A stretch of DNA of 64,000 bases from a virus: the IMG/VR virus record IMGVR_UViG_3300022745_000021, positions 1 through 64,000 of that record; one strand, given 5' to 3'. The position numbers and the translations under genes were made by a program. Shown here in pieces: positions 47,026 to 55,936 of the stretch. The notes beneath the pieces were generated by a model that did not search any database, was not told where the DNA came from, and saw only the letters and a program-made list of their open reading frames with translations. Position 1 is the stretch's first letter. Every line of letters begins with the position of its first letter.

Positions 47026-47697
47026 TCATGGCTTGGCTCCGATGGCTGCGATAATCTTGTGGAGATGCGTGCCGACGCCGAACACGAAACGGATAGCCTC
47101 GTCGGAATCACAACCGTCTGAAACCCAAGCGGCGTACTGGTCTGACATTTCCGCCTCAAGTTCGGTCAGCGCCTCCACAGCCTCCCGCTCCCCCGTCGCT
47201 GCGGGCATGGCGGATAGGGCTGCGGCATTGAGATAGCGTTCGGCAGTTGGCCACTGATCCTCGTCGAGAACCCGCGCGAGATATTCGCCGAGTTCGCGCA
47301 AAGGCTCCGGCGCTTTGCTGACAACGGCATTCATGTGGGCCATCCACTCGACTGCCGCAGCCTCACGGTCTGGCGCGGGCATGGCGGATAGGGCTGCGTC
47401 GGCGATCCACAAATCCCAATCGCTCAAGTCCTCCGGGAACCCGTTCGCATAGTAGTCCGGCGTACGCTTGTGGTCCGCAAGACTGATCGCCCTTGCCACG
47501 CGCTCCCGCACGTCGTCGGCCACAGCCTCACGGTCTGGCGCGCGGAGTGCGGCGAGGTCAACAATCCAGCCATTGCCGCCGCAGCGAGTGCATTCGGTAT
47601 GACAGGCGCCTTCATCCAGCCCGTCCGGATAACCCCCTTCGCCTTCGCACTGCGGGCAGACTTTCACGGCGCGCTCATCCGCCAGTGTTCCGTTCAT
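47026..47697 (-). CDS. Zn-finger-containing hypothetical protein
   Basis: CPQCEGEG...CTRCGGNG; internal repeats PDREA and AALSAMPA; ATGA coupling. Confidence 0.7.
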   Translation of the reverse strand: MNGTLADERAVKVCPQCEGEGGYPDGLDEGACHTECTRCGGNGWIVDLAALRAPDREAVADDVRERVARAISLADHKRTPDYYANGFPEDLSDWDLWIADAALSAMPAPDREAAAVEWMAHMNAVVSKAPEPLRELGEYLARVLDEDQWPTAERYLNAAALSAMPAATGEREAVEALTELEAEMSDQYAAWVSDGCDSDEAIRFVFGVGTHLHKIIAAIGAKP

Positions 47698-47921
47698 GGT
47701 GCTTCCTTTCGGGTGTTCCAGACTGATGCGGCTTTGGCGCGGCCTCGGGCATCGTCGGGATACCAGCAGCCGCGTTCGACCGCGCAATCCTCGTCGCTGC
47801 ACTGGACCTTGCAGGCCATTCCGATATGGACGCGGTTCCGTGCCAACATGCCGGCGCTTCCGCAGAACGGGCACGGCAGCAGTTCCGCCGCTCTCACCGC
47901 TTCGGGTGTTGGGTTGCTCAC
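47694..47921 (-). CDS. Lar-like restriction alleviation Zn-finger protein
   Basis: LLPCPFCG...V.C...C...A...WNTR. Confidence 0.8.
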   Translation of the reverse strand: MSNPTPEAVRAAELLPCPFCGSAGMLARNRVHIGMACKVQCSDEDCAVERGCWYPDDARGRAKAASVWNTRKEAP

Positions 47922-48679
47922 TGCTCGGGGTTCCTTTCGAGATAGGTGCGGGCGGCTTCCTCTGTCGCGTGTTCGGTGAAAACAACGCGATCATCGCTTT
48001 CCAGCGCGTCCATTTCCTCGGTCGTGCGAACATGAACAGCGCACCAGATCGACGGCAGTGAGCGCGCGCATTCAACTTCAAGGATGTGATGGCCCGGTTC
48101 AGGGTCGTAACGGTCAATCACATCATAAACGTCGAAATCGCAGCTTTCCGTGTAGCTTGGGTGATAGAACCAAGTTGGCTGCTGCGCTTTCGCCAGTGCC
48201 GCCCTCGCCTCTGCCAGTTCGCGGGTGAGGCGGTCGATGGTGTCGCGGTTGGCTTCGAGCGGGTCATCGTCCTCGGTCTGGTTGTCCCGCCGCTGGCTGA
48301 CAAGCTCGTCGTACATCGCAGCGAACTTCTGCGTCATCGCGATCTCGGCGGTCAGCTGCGCGTCACGGGCAGCGATAATCCGCTCTAGCTCCGCGATCTT
48401 GGCGGCCTGCACCGGGTCAGGCATGGTCTGCCACGTGCCGGCGTGGTTGATGTAGAACCACTCGTTGGTCTTGGGGTTCACCGCGAACAGGTTCGTCCCC
48501 TTGGGCAGTGCCGGGTGGGTCGGCAGGGGGGCCGTCCAGTTCTCATCCTTGGCCGCCCGCGCGGAGCAGTGGTTTGGCCCGAGAATTTCGTTCTCTCGGG
48601 GCGTGCCACCGCACCAGCGGCACACGCTATTGGAATGCCCTAGGCTGGCGGACCGGTATTCGTGGGGGCAATTCGTCAC
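47918..48679 (-). CDS. Hypothetical protein
   Basis: GTGA couplings at both ends; N-terminal C/H motif, central coiled coil. Confidence 0.7.
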   Translation of the reverse strand: MTNCPHEYRSASLGHSNSVCRWCGGTPRENEILGPNHCSARAAKDENWTAPLPTHPALPKGTNLFAVNPKTNEWFYINHAGTWQTMPDPVQAAKIAELERIIAARDAQLTAEIAMTQKFAAMYDELVSQRRDNQTEDDDPLEANRDTIDRLTRELAEARAALAKAQQPTWFYHPSYTESCDFDVYDVIDRYDPEPGHHILEVECARSLPSIWCAVHVRTTEEMDALESDDRVVFTEHATEEAARTYLERNPEQ

Positions 48680-49281
48680 GCGTGTTCTCCCTCGTTGGTT
48701 GCAACTGGTTGCACCGGGACACGTACCCGGATGCGGGGCTTGGGGAGCACGTCGGCTTCCTCGGCTTCCTGCGCCAGCGACATGCGTTGAAGCTCCCCGC
48801 GCCGCTCGTTGATGATCCGTTGCAGGGACGCCAGCCCTTGCGCGTCGCTTTCCCAGATGATTTCCTCGACGCTGATCCGCTCGATGACGTTGCGGGCCTT
48901 GGTGGTCTTCGGGGCGCGTTCGACCAGCGGGTAGGCGCTGACGGGTTCAGGCTCGGCTTCCTCGGCGGCCAGCGCCAGCATGTGCGCCTTGGCCTTCTCC
49001 TGTTCGGCCACCGCGTCGATCACGATCGGCTCGCCACCGCCCACGGGGTACAGCAGCGTCATCGTGCCGGTCATGTCCGGCTGGCTCGCCATGTCCACGC
49101 CGAACAGCTTGACGTCGGCCGCCGGGGGCTTGCCCGGGGCGTGCTGGTTGAGCCATGCGATCAGGCTCGGCTTGTCGGTGGGGACCTCGATCTTCTCCCA
49201 GCCCTTCATGCCGTCGTTGGCGGCCTTAGCGTCGGCCTCGGTGCCGGTCCACACGTGTCCCTTGGAGCGATAGAGCCGCAT
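48676..49281 (-). CDS. Hypothetical protein
   Basis: GGAGGA RBS; W.GT.ADAK...EVPTDK..L..WLN N-terminal motif. Confidence 0.75.
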   Translation of the reverse strand: MRLYRSKGHVWTGTEADAKAANDGMKGWEKIEVPTDKPSLIAWLNQHAPGKPPAADVKLFGVDMASQPDMTGTMTLLYPVGGGEPIVIDAVAEQEKAKAHMLALAAEEAEPEPVSAYPLVERAPKTTKARNVIERISVEEIIWESDAQGLASLQRIINERRGELQRMSLAQEAEEADVLPKPRIRVRVPVQPVATNEGEHA

Positions 49282-49379
49282 CAGAACATGTCCTCCAGCC
49301 CCTTGGCCGCGTCACGGCCGAGCTTGTACCCGAACCCGCGCAGGATGGCGCGCAGGAGGATGGACAGGATATTTCCCAT
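49281..49379 (-). CDS. 32-aa amphipathic peptide MGNILSILLRAILRGFGYKLGRDAAKGLEDMF
   Basis: GAGGAG RBS of a promoter cassette; TGATG coupling to the next gene. Confidence 0.75.
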   Translation of the reverse strand: MGNILSILLRAILRGFGYKLGRDAAKGLEDMF

Positions 49380-49386
49380 GGTGGTT

Positions 49387-49505
49387 GGTCTCCTCGTTCT
49401 TGTAGCGTAGGGGCTGGCCTGCCTGCCGCCCTACACGTGTTGCTTAGACCAACGGGGCCTACACGTCAAGCGTTTTGAGGTGCAACTGGGTTGCAACTGG
49501 TTGCA
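49387..49505 (-). promoter_or_regulatory. Promoter-leader cassette with tandem TGCAAC palindromes
   Basis: TTGACG-17-TAAGCA; GTAGGG-C-GGC-AGGCAG-GCC-AGC-CCCTAC hairpin; GAGGAGACC. Confidence 0.75.
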
Positions 49506-49535
49506 GTCGCCGGAAGCGCTACCCCCCCTGCCCGC

Positions 49536-50063
49536 CTACCCGGCCTTGTCCGCGTTGGCGCTGGCCCATAACCGCGCCGCGCCCATGCCCGCCCGAATGC
49601 AGCGCAGGGCGAACGTCCCGGGGGCAGCACCCTTGGCGTTGACGAACCCGGCGAACGTCCGCTGCCAGCCTTGGTCGAAGAACTTCTGGTAGGTCTCGCG
49701 CGGCCAGTCAGGGTGCCCCGCAAAGAATACATCCGCCCGTCGCTGGCGGTAGGTCGCGCCGACGTCGGGGTCCGCCTCGGATAGTACCTGTTTGATCCGG
49801 GGCATGTTGTCGCGGCTGCGCTCCGGTGTCATACCGATCGCCAGTTGCGGGGCGCGCTTGGGGGGCGGCGGGGGCGTAGGCGCCGGCAGGTTTTCCAGCG
49901 CATCCCAGATCACGCCGTGGATGACTTCGCGCAGCTGGTCACGCGCCTTGGGTACGCGCCGCCGGGTGTCGGTCATCAATCGCTGCCACAGATCGCGGCG
50001 GCCGGTGACGTCTTGGGCAACCCGGGCGTGTATCGCCGCCGCCGCCGCACGTGGATCGGTCAT
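49536..50063 (-). CDS. Hypothetical protein
   Basis: ATGA coupling at 50060-50063. Confidence 0.7.
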   Translation of the reverse strand: MTDPRAAAAAIHARVAQDVTGRRDLWQRLMTDTRRRVPKARDQLREVIHGVIWDALENLPAPTPPPPPKRAPQLAIGMTPERSRDNMPRIKQVLSEADPDVGATYRQRRADVFFAGHPDWPRETYQKFFDQGWQRTFAGFVNAKGAAPGTFALRCIRAGMGAARLWASANADKAG

Positions 50064-50338
50064 GTGTCTTCGCTTGCCCCCTCGATCACGCGCCAAAGCT
50101 CCCAGATCGCGGTCTTGCGGTAGCATTGTTCGGCGGCAAGCTCGATACCGTACGCCGCCTTGAACGCGTCGCGCATCCGGGCGTGATCGTCGGCGTAGAT
50201 CATGCCGTCACCGAGATCGCCCAGCGTGTCGCCCATGTCGATCGGCACGGACGCAGGCAGCGCGTACACCCGGCGGACCAGCGCCAGCAGACGCAGTTCC
50301 TCGGGGGAGTAATCGGGGCCGGATACAGGGACACTCAC
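50060..50338 (-). CDS. Acyl-carrier-protein-like small protein lacking the DSL serine
   Basis: Helix pattern I....TL.DLG...M..AF...YGIEL..E....T.I.EL...I; GTGA coupling. Confidence 0.5.
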   Translation of the reverse strand: MSVPVSGPDYSPEELRLLALVRRVYALPASVPIDMGDTLGDLGDGMIYADDHARMRDAFKAAYGIELAAEQCYRKTAIWELWRVIEGASEDT

Positions 50339-50454
50339 GGCGTCAGCCCCCGCTTCTGGTCGAGCCGACCGCAGCACGTGCACTTGTCAGACAGGTGGTC
50401 CCAGAACACCCAGTGGTGCCGGCCTAGGAACAGGCAGCGAAATAGCTGGATCAT
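50335..50454 (-). CDS. 39-aa Zn-ribbon-like peptide
   Basis: MIQLFRCLFLGRHHW...KCTCCG; coupled at both ends. Confidence 0.55.
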   Translation of the reverse strand: MIQLFRCLFLGRHHWVFWDHLSDKCTCCGRLDQKRGLTP

Positions 50455-50792
50455 GCGTCCGTCTTTCCGCCGACCTCACTCGGCATAAACGTATGCGCCA
50501 CCCGGGATGCTCTGTGCAGCAAATCGTACAGCCTTGGGTCGAAGTACCGCAGCGTCGGGGGCATATGGTGCACCGCGTCCATGATCGCCCCCCGCAATGC
50601 TGCCACAAGCTGTTCGGGGTCAACCGGGGTGTCCGGTCGTTTGCGCGGCTCGCGATCCAGCGCACCCGCCGCGATCTCCGCTAGGAACTTGGCGTTGTTG
50701 GCCTCCCGCTCGGCAAGCTCGGTAGCCATGCGGGATTGGGCAAGCCCCACCTGACTGTCCAGCAAATCGGCGTATGGGTGACGATCCGTCAC
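50451..50792 (-). CDS. Hypothetical protein
   Basis: GGAGGA RBS; GTGA coupling. Confidence 0.7.
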   Translation of the reverse strand: MTDRHPYADLLDSQVGLAQSRMATELAEREANNAKFLAEIAAGALDREPRKRPDTPVDPEQLVAALRGAIMDAVHHMPPTLRYFDPRLYDLLHRASRVAHTFMPSEVGGKTDA

Positions 50793-51088
50793 GCGTCATC
50801 CTCCGGTGTCTTGGCGCGCACCACCAGCAAAGCGTTGTTGGCGAACACATCGACGTATTCCAGCCACAGCCCTTGCTCGGCAAGGTAGACGTGATTGGCC
50901 TCCATCACCGCGCCCGGGAGCGTGAACGGGGTGACTTCCTCGGTCCACTTCTCGCCGACCACCATCAGCGCCGGGCGGGTGCCCTGTGACCCCTCCAACT
51001 TGCCGATCTGCACGTCCAGCGCCGGGCCGACGTTCTTGAGGGCGACGCGCGCTTTCTGTTCGGGGGTAAGCGGTAGCTTGGTAACCAT
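50789..51088 (-). CDS. Hypothetical protein
   Basis: GGAG RBS before ATG 51088; the TTG at 51145 in the ORF track is the -35 of a TTGCGT-16-TATGGT promoter. Confidence 0.65.
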   Translation of the reverse strand: MVTKLPLTPEQKARVALKNVGPALDVQIGKLEGSQGTRPALMVVGEKWTEEVTPFTLPGAVMEANHVYLAEQGLWLEYVDVFANNALLVVRAKTPEDDA

Positions 51089-51182
51089 GGTGCGGGTATC
51101 TCCGTTGTCTGTCCCTGACCATACCACGCACGCGGTATTACGCAAGCGAAAAAGCGCGCCCTAGTTGCAACTGGTTGCAAAC

Positions 51183-51452
51183 TTACTCCCCACGCGCCAC
51201 GCTGGTGGCCTGCCCCGCCGCGAAGATGCCTTCCCAGAACCGCCACTGGTCATCGCTGCCGACAAGCTCGACCTCGGGGCCGTGCCCATGGGCCGCCCGC
51301 CACAGATCGCCGATCCAGCGGCGCACCTTGAGGCGTTCCGGCGGCAACGGGGTAGGGATCAGCAGTTGATCCAGCGGCAGGCCGGGGGTCGGCTTCGTGC
51401 GGGTGACGTCGGCAGCGCTGCCGCGCGGATGTTCATTGGTGGTAGCGGGCAT
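51183..51452 (-). CDS. Hypothetical protein
   Basis: GAGGAG RBS; ATG at 51452. Confidence 0.6.
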   Translation of the reverse strand: MPATTNEHPRGSAADVTRTKPTPGLPLDQLLIPTPLPPERLKVRRWIGDLWRAAHGHGPEVELVGSDDQWRFWEGIFAAGQATSVARGE

Positions 51453-51537
51453 AGTTATGGGTCTCCTCGGATGTGGGACTACCTTAGCAGGGCGGGGCAG
51501 CCCTCGCCACCCCTGCCCTGCCCCGGTGTCGGTCGGA

Positions 51538-51942
51538 TCACGCCGCCTTGGCGAGCTTGGCGGCTGCCGTGGTGATGCAGCCAAAGCCGAGCAGCCGCAC
51601 CTCGGCGGTCGCGGCATCGACGACGACGTAGCGGTTGCTGGTGTGGCACACGACGTAGACGGTCCGGCCGACGGTGGTGCGCACCTTGCCCAGCACGGCC
51701 GAACGCGGCACGCCGTAGCGCTCGCAGGTATTCTGGATGGTTTCCTCGACCTTGGCCGCCATGTCCACCGGGGCCATCACCCCGTTGGGGTACGCCTTGT
51801 CGAACCTGGCGCGCAGCACGATCGGGTTGGCGTCGTAGTCGCGGGCCACCTCGGTGATGGACTGGTCGAGGTCCTTGCCGTTGCGGACGTCCATGGTGAC
51901 GTCGAGCAGCAGGTCGTTCCAGTTGATCGGGGTCTGGGTCAT
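51538..51942 (-). CDS. Hypothetical protein
   Basis: First gene of a cassette, GAGGAG RBS. Confidence 0.75.
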   Translation of the reverse strand: MTQTPINWNDLLLDVTMDVRNGKDLDQSITEVARDYDANPIVLRARFDKAYPNGVMAPVDMAAKVEETIQNTCERYGVPRSAVLGKVRTTVGRTVYVVCHTSNRYVVVDAATAEVRLLGFGCITTAAAKLAKAA

Positions 51943-51946
51943 CGTT

Positions 51947-52043
51947 GGTCTCCTCGGTAATCGGTCTGGCCTGCCTGCCGTTCCGATGCCCCCTTGTACC
52001 ACGCTGGCGGTGCACGTCAACAGAAAAGTGCAACCGGGTTGCA
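51947..52043 (-). promoter_or_regulatory. Promoter-leader cassette
   Basis: TGCAACCCGGTTGCA; TTGACG-16-TACAAG; ATCGG..GGC-AGGCAG-GCC..CCGAT; GAGGAGACC. Confidence 0.8.
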
Positions 52044-52045
52044 AA

Positions 52046-52225
52046 TTATTCGTCGCCCCCGGGCGTCGCGGCGAGTGCAGCCTGCGCGTCCTCGAAGGTG
52101 TCAGCGTGGCCCAGCACGTCGAAGACATCCTTGCGGCGGTTGCCCGGGTTCGGCCGGTGCGTGCCATAGTCGTACCCGTCCGCGCCGTCGCGGCGATTGG
52201 TGGCGGTGATGAACGTGCGAAGCAT
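52046..52225 (-). CDS. Hypothetical protein (59 aa)
   Basis: GGAG RBS; ATG at 52225. Confidence 0.55.
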   Translation of the reverse strand: MLRTFITATNRRDGADGYDYGTHRPNPGNRRKDVFDVLGHADTFEDAQAALAATPGGDE

Positions 52226-52256
52226 GGGGGTCACTCCCGTTGCAACTGGTTGCAGC

Positions 52257-52286
52257 AAAAAGGGGAGAGGATCGCTCCCCTCCCCC
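52257..52286 (-). terminator. Rho-independent terminator
   Basis: GGGGAGGGGA-GCGA-TCCTCTCCCC then TTTTT on the minus strand, after gene 52303-52605. Confidence 0.75.
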
Positions 52287-52302
52287 GGTTGGATCGGCTG
52301 GA

Positions 52303-52605
52303 TCAGGCGACGGCCAGCGCGTGGACCTGTTCTGCGGTCAGCGTGGGGGCCAGCTTCTTTTCCTCGCGGGCCAGCTTCACGAACGGCTGGAGGTACTTGT
52401 AGACGTTGTTCTTTGCCTTGAACTCGGACTTGGTCTTGCCGATCAGCGCCAGCACCTCGTCGCGCGTCATGTCAGCGGCGTCGAGCATCGCCAGCAGAAT
52501 GTCCCAGCCCCGGCCGTTGTCCTTGTAGGTCTCGGCGTGGGCGACGACGACGGCGAACAGGTCGGCGGCGGGGACGATCGCGGGAACAGTGGCTTCGATG
52601 GTCAT
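52303..52605 (-). CDS. Hypothetical protein
   Basis: Single-gene cassette with promoter, leader and terminator. Confidence 0.8.
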   Translation of the reverse strand: MTIEATVPAIVPAADLFAVVVAHAETYKDNGRGWDILLAMLDAADMTRDEVLALIGKTKSEFKAKNNVYKYLQPFVKLAREEKKLAPTLTAEQVHALAVA

Positions 52606-52609
52606 GGTA

Positions 52610-52691
52610 GGTCTCCTCTATCAGCGGGGCGGTGGCCTGCCTGCCAACCGCTCTTGATGTCTGATAGTACCACGCTGGCGGTACACGTCAA
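52610..52691 (-). promoter_or_regulatory. Promoter-leader cassette
   Basis: TTGACG-16-TACTAT; GCGGT-TGGC-AGGCAG-GCCA-CCGC; GAGGAGACC. Confidence 0.8.
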
Positions 52692-52859
52692 CCGAAAAAA
52701 GCACGGGCGCACCAATTATTTTCCCGGGGTCCGAAATTCAGGCGCGCGACGGCATGTCAGTTTTTCGCACCACACTGGCGGTATGATGCAGCCACGTCCA
52801 CGGTATGGGTGGGCGGTATGGGTCACGGTATGGGCGTAGTTGCAACCGGGTTGCAATAC

Positions 52860-53213
52860 CTACCCTAGGTCGATCACCCGACGCATACGGGTGTCACGGG
52901 TGTGCACCCTCGGTCCACGTTCCCACTCATCCCGTCGGCAGTTCCACAGCAACTCGTCATTGCCGTCTGGTCGCTTGACTGCGACAGCGAAGCGATAGTG
53001 GTTCAGTGCGTATACGGTCCCCTGCACAAGGTGCGAGTTGGTTGACAGGATGCGTCCCGGCCTCTCCGGGTGTGGGTAGTCCGCGAAGTACCCGCATATC
53101 ACGGGTACACGGCTATGGACGATCTCTCCGTCCTTGAAGGGGTGGGTGTTCTCCGCGCCCTCCTGCTGTGGATCGTCTCCCGCGCGTTCGGTGAAGTCGA
53201 GTTGCCGTGCCAT
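52860..53213 (-). CDS. Hypothetical protein
   Basis: ORF in operon; C-terminus RRVIDLG resembles KRIIDLD of gene 53440-53955. Confidence 0.6.
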   Translation of the reverse strand: MARQLDFTERAGDDPQQEGAENTHPFKDGEIVHSRVPVICGYFADYPHPERPGRILSTNSHLVQGTVYALNHYRFAVAVKRPDGNDELLWNCRRDEWERGPRVHTRDTRMRRVIDLG

Positions 53214-53214
53214 G

Positions 53215-53421
53215 TCAGTCCGTATCCAGCTTCCGTCTGATCCTGCGTCCTATGGTGTTACGTGTGCTCGGTGTCCTCTGCGCCTCACTGGTTTGGCTTT
53301 CCCCCGCGCCCTGCACGTCGTTGGTCACTGCGTCAGCTTCCCCGCGCGTTTGTCGGCCCGCATGATCCCGGTAGGCGATCACGACGTTCAGCAGCGCGTT
53401 GAGCAGTCGGAATACCATCAT
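53215..53421 (-). CDS. Hypothetical protein
   Basis: GGAG RBS; fills an operon gap. Confidence 0.55.
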   Translation of the reverse strand: MMVFRLLNALLNVVIAYRDHAGRQTRGEADAVTNDVQGAGESQTSEAQRTPSTRNTIGRRIRRKLDTD

Positions 53422-53439
53422 GGGTGATCTCCCCGCGCG

Positions 53440-53955
53440 TCAGTCAAGGTCGATGATCCTCTTGGTGCGCTTGCGGGTGTTCTCCCGCGCGTTGCGTTCG
53501 GTCTCGATCTCCGCTTTGGTCTCTCCCCGGCGCCGTTCGTAGGCGAGCAGCATCGTGCGCAAGTGCAGGTCTGCCTTCGGCCCCAGCGTCACGTGCACGT
53601 CCAGCGTCATCATGTCGCGCTCGGTTGCGATCAGTCCCTGCGCCTCTGCGTTGCGGATGGCCCACGCGCTGTCGCGGTCACGATCGGTCATACCAAACGC
53701 CACCACCACCTTGCCGTCGAGGTAGGCGTCCAGTAGGAGGTCGGCGATGTCTATCCTGTCGCGTGATCTCCCCGGTCGGCGTTCCTCGCGCAGTTGCTTG
53801 GCGGCTGCCAGCAGGCGGTGGCCTAGCTCGTTCTCCTCGCGCTGCATTGCAGCCAGTTGCAACATTTGGTCATCGGACAAGCTCGTGGAGGGCACGCCCA
53901 ACGCGGCCAACCGGTCCAGTTCTGCGCGTAGGCGGCTGCGGCCTTCGGGCGACAT
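53440..53955 (-). CDS. Hypothetical protein
   Basis: TGATG coupling at 53953-53957. Confidence 0.7.
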   Translation of the reverse strand: MSPEGRSRLRAELDRLAALGVPSTSLSDDQMLQLAAMQREENELGHRLLAAAKQLREERRPGRSRDRIDIADLLLDAYLDGKVVVAFGMTDRDRDSAWAIRNAEAQGLIATERDMMTLDVHVTLGPKADLHLRTMLLAYERRRGETKAEIETERNARENTRKRTKRIIDLD

Positions 53956-54161
53956 CAGTCTTCGTCCTCGTCTTCGGCGTTCCCCGCGCCCGGCGACACG
54001 ACGGTGCAGGTGTAAACCGGCACGCGCTCGATCGTGCATTCCAGCGCGACGCCGCAACCCTCGCACACGGTCACGCTCTTGTGGTGGTCGTGGTAGCATT
54101 CCGGGCACGTGTACCGGTTGTCCCACGGGGTGTTGGTGAGTTGGTCTCCGACTGCCATCAT
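53955..54161 (-). CDS. Zn-ribbon protein
   Basis: CPEC...CEGCG; acidic tail; ATGA coupling. Confidence 0.65.
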   Translation of the reverse strand: MMAVGDQLTNTPWDNRYTCPECYHDHHKSVTVCEGCGVALECTIERVPVYTCTVVSPGAGNAEDEDED

Positions 54162-54472
54162 GCGTCTCCCTGCGCGGGCAGATAGTGCCGCCTGCGCATT
54201 TCCCTGCCGTACTCGATACCGGTGGCGATCCACCACGACGCCGGCATGTCGCCAAGGTAGGGGATCATTTCACTGCGGTCGTCGCTGACCCACGTGTCCC
54301 CCGCGCCCGGCTTGAGGCTGGTCGGGCGGTACTGGTTCGCCTTGCGCTCGGCAGCGTCGGTGGGGAAAAGGCCGTTGTCGAACGAGTAGTAGTGGTAGCC
54401 CTCCCCGCGCACCAGTTCGACGCACGGCTCCACGCGCTGGATGCGCTCGTTGATCTGTTTCAGCGTCGCCAT
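54158..54472 (-). CDS. Hypothetical protein
   Basis: GGAGG RBS; ELVRGEGYHYY motif. Confidence 0.75.
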   Translation of the reverse strand: MATLKQINERIQRVEPCVELVRGEGYHYYSFDNGLFPTDAAERKANQYRPTSLKPGAGDTWVSDDRSEMIPYLGDMPASWWIATGIEYGREMRRRHYLPAQGDA

Positions 54473-54475
54473 GCG

Positions 54476-54769
54476 TCAGCCCTCCGTTACGCGGTAGCTG
54501 GCAATACCCTCGCGATCGGAGCGCGTCGAGTAGACCAGCATGAAGCGGTCGTTCGGGTCTTCGGCCGATGCGGCGACGCCGTTGGCGTAATCGCCGATCT
54601 TCATGGCCTGCCCCGCGTTCGCCGCGCGGATCGACAGGTAGACCTCACCCATCACGGGGATGAACGCAACCTCGGGCTGGTCGGCGCCGACGAAAGCAGC
54701 GGCATCGTTGATCGCACGCTGCACGACGGTCATCACCCGGGCGGCACGGAAAAGGCTTTCGGTCTGCAT
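54476..54769 (-). CDS. Hypothetical protein
   Basis: First gene of cassette 54774-54878. Confidence 0.7.
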   Translation of the reverse strand: MQTESLFRAARVMTVVQRAINDAAAFVGADQPEVAFIPVMGEVYLSIRAANAGQAMKIGDYANGVAASAEDPNDRFMLVYSTRSDREGIASYRVTEG

Positions 54770-54773
54770 CGTT

Positions 54774-54878
54774 GGTCTCCTCGGTCCCGGTCGGCCTGCC
54801 TGCCTGCCCGGTGAAATCACCTTAGAACATGTGGGTTGCAACGCAAGCGAAATCTGCCGGCGTTGCAACCCGGTTGCA
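54774..54878 (-). promoter_or_regulatory. Promoter-leader cassette
   Basis: TGCAAC-N3-GTTGCA; TTGCGT-16-TAAGGT; CCGG..GGC-AGGCAG-GCC..CCGG; GAGGAGACC. Confidence 0.7.
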
Positions 54879-54890
54879 AATTGTTGCCCG

Positions 54891-55100
54891 TCACGCGTGG
54901 GCGTGTGACCAGCGGTAGCTGGCCTCCAACCCGGACGGCTTGCCCTCGATCATCCAGCGCCCGTCGGTGTCGGGGTGCAGGCGGTCGTTGGCCTGTGCCA
55001 TGGCGCGCAAGCTGTTCGGCGCTTCCACCTCGCAGGACCGGGTTGCCCCCGCGCCCTGCGGCTGGAACGTGAAACGGTAGCGCTTGGTGGTCCCGTTCAT
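54891..55100 (-). CDS. Hypothetical protein
   Basis: GGAGG RBS; ATGA coupling. Confidence 0.65.
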   Translation of the reverse strand: MNGTTKRYRFTFQPQGAGATRSCEVEAPNSLRAMAQANDRLHPDTDGRWMIEGKPSGLEASYRWSHAHA

Positions 55101-55606
55101 GCCACCGCCTCCAGACCTTCGCGGCTGGCGAACCACGCCGGGACCGTAGCACGGGCGACGGCGTCATCCTCGGGCCAGCCCTCGACGAACGAGATCAGCG
55201 AGCGCGGCACCCAAACGCGCTTCCCGTAGCGAGCGCGCTGCGGCAGCACGTCCACGAACAGCGCCTTGGCGCTTTCCTTCTGGATCGCCACCTCGACCAC
55301 CACCGGCGCCGGGTCCTCGCGCTCGGGCTTGGCCGGGGCCGCCTCGGCGCGCACGGCATCAACCGTGAAGTCGTCCAGCTTGGCGGCGGCCTGCTTGCGG
55401 TACTTGACCGCGAGCTTCTGCGCGGCGGCGAACTGGCGATCGGACCAGCCGAAGCGCTGACCCTTCTCGATCAGATCGCGGGCGAAGCCGGCGTCGTAGC
55501 CGGAAAAGCCCTTGCCGTCGTCGGAGCGCGCGCCGTCGCAGTCGCCGCGAACGGCCAGCAGCGCGCGGAACGTGAGGGTGTCGGTCAGGGTGATCGTGGT
55601 GCTCAT
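55097..55606 (-). CDS. Hypothetical protein with CDGA..DG.GF...D..F...KY.KQ domain
   Basis: Motif resembles a small domain I associate with phage SNF2-like helicases; C-terminal ES.KA...WVP.S module. Confidence 0.7.
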   Translation of the reverse strand: MSTTITLTDTLTFRALLAVRGDCDGARSDDGKGFSGYDAGFARDLIEKGQRFGWSDRQFAAAQKLAVKYRKQAAAKLDDFTVDAVRAEAAPAKPEREDPAPVVVEVAIQKESAKALFVDVLPQRARYGKRVWVPRSLISFVEGWPEDDAVARATVPAWFASREGLEAVA

Positions 55607-55610
55607 GGTC

Positions 55611-55715
55611 GGTCTCCTCGGGTGGTCGGGCCTGCCTGCCCGGCCGATGTCTCTACGTACCATGCGGGCGGTACATGTCAAGCGTGATCGACGAGAAAAG
55701 TGCAACCGGGTTGCA
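55611..55715 (-). promoter_or_regulatory. Promoter-leader cassette
   Basis: TGCAAC-N3-GTTGCA; TTGACA-16-TACGTA; CGGGC-AGGCAG-GCCCG; GAGGAGACC. Confidence 0.8.
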
Positions 55716-55720
55716 AAATG

Positions 55721-55936
55721 TTAGGCCCTGCCCTCCTGCATGGCGCGCACCACGTCGAGCTTGCCGTAGTGCGCCAGCGCCAGTCGCGCCGTGTGGCTGG
55801 TAGCCCTGCCGTGGATCGGTTCGCGGCCATTGACCCACGGGCCATCGGGAAGCAGCCGCACGCGGTAGGAGAACATCCCCCGTCCGCGCATCGGCGTCGT
55901 CTCGAACTCCATGCCGTTGACGGCGATGCGGGCCAT
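55721..55936 (-). CDS. Hypothetical protein
   Basis: GGAG RBS; operon position. Confidence 0.65.
   Translation of the reverse strand: MARIAVNGMEFETTPMRGRGMFSYRVRLLPDGPWVNGREPIHGRATSHTARLALAHYGKLDVVRAMQEGRA

Noticed and set aside
49362-49379. MGNxxS resembles an N-myristoylation signal
   Set aside because: Eukaryotic modification; coincidental in a bacteriophage peptide
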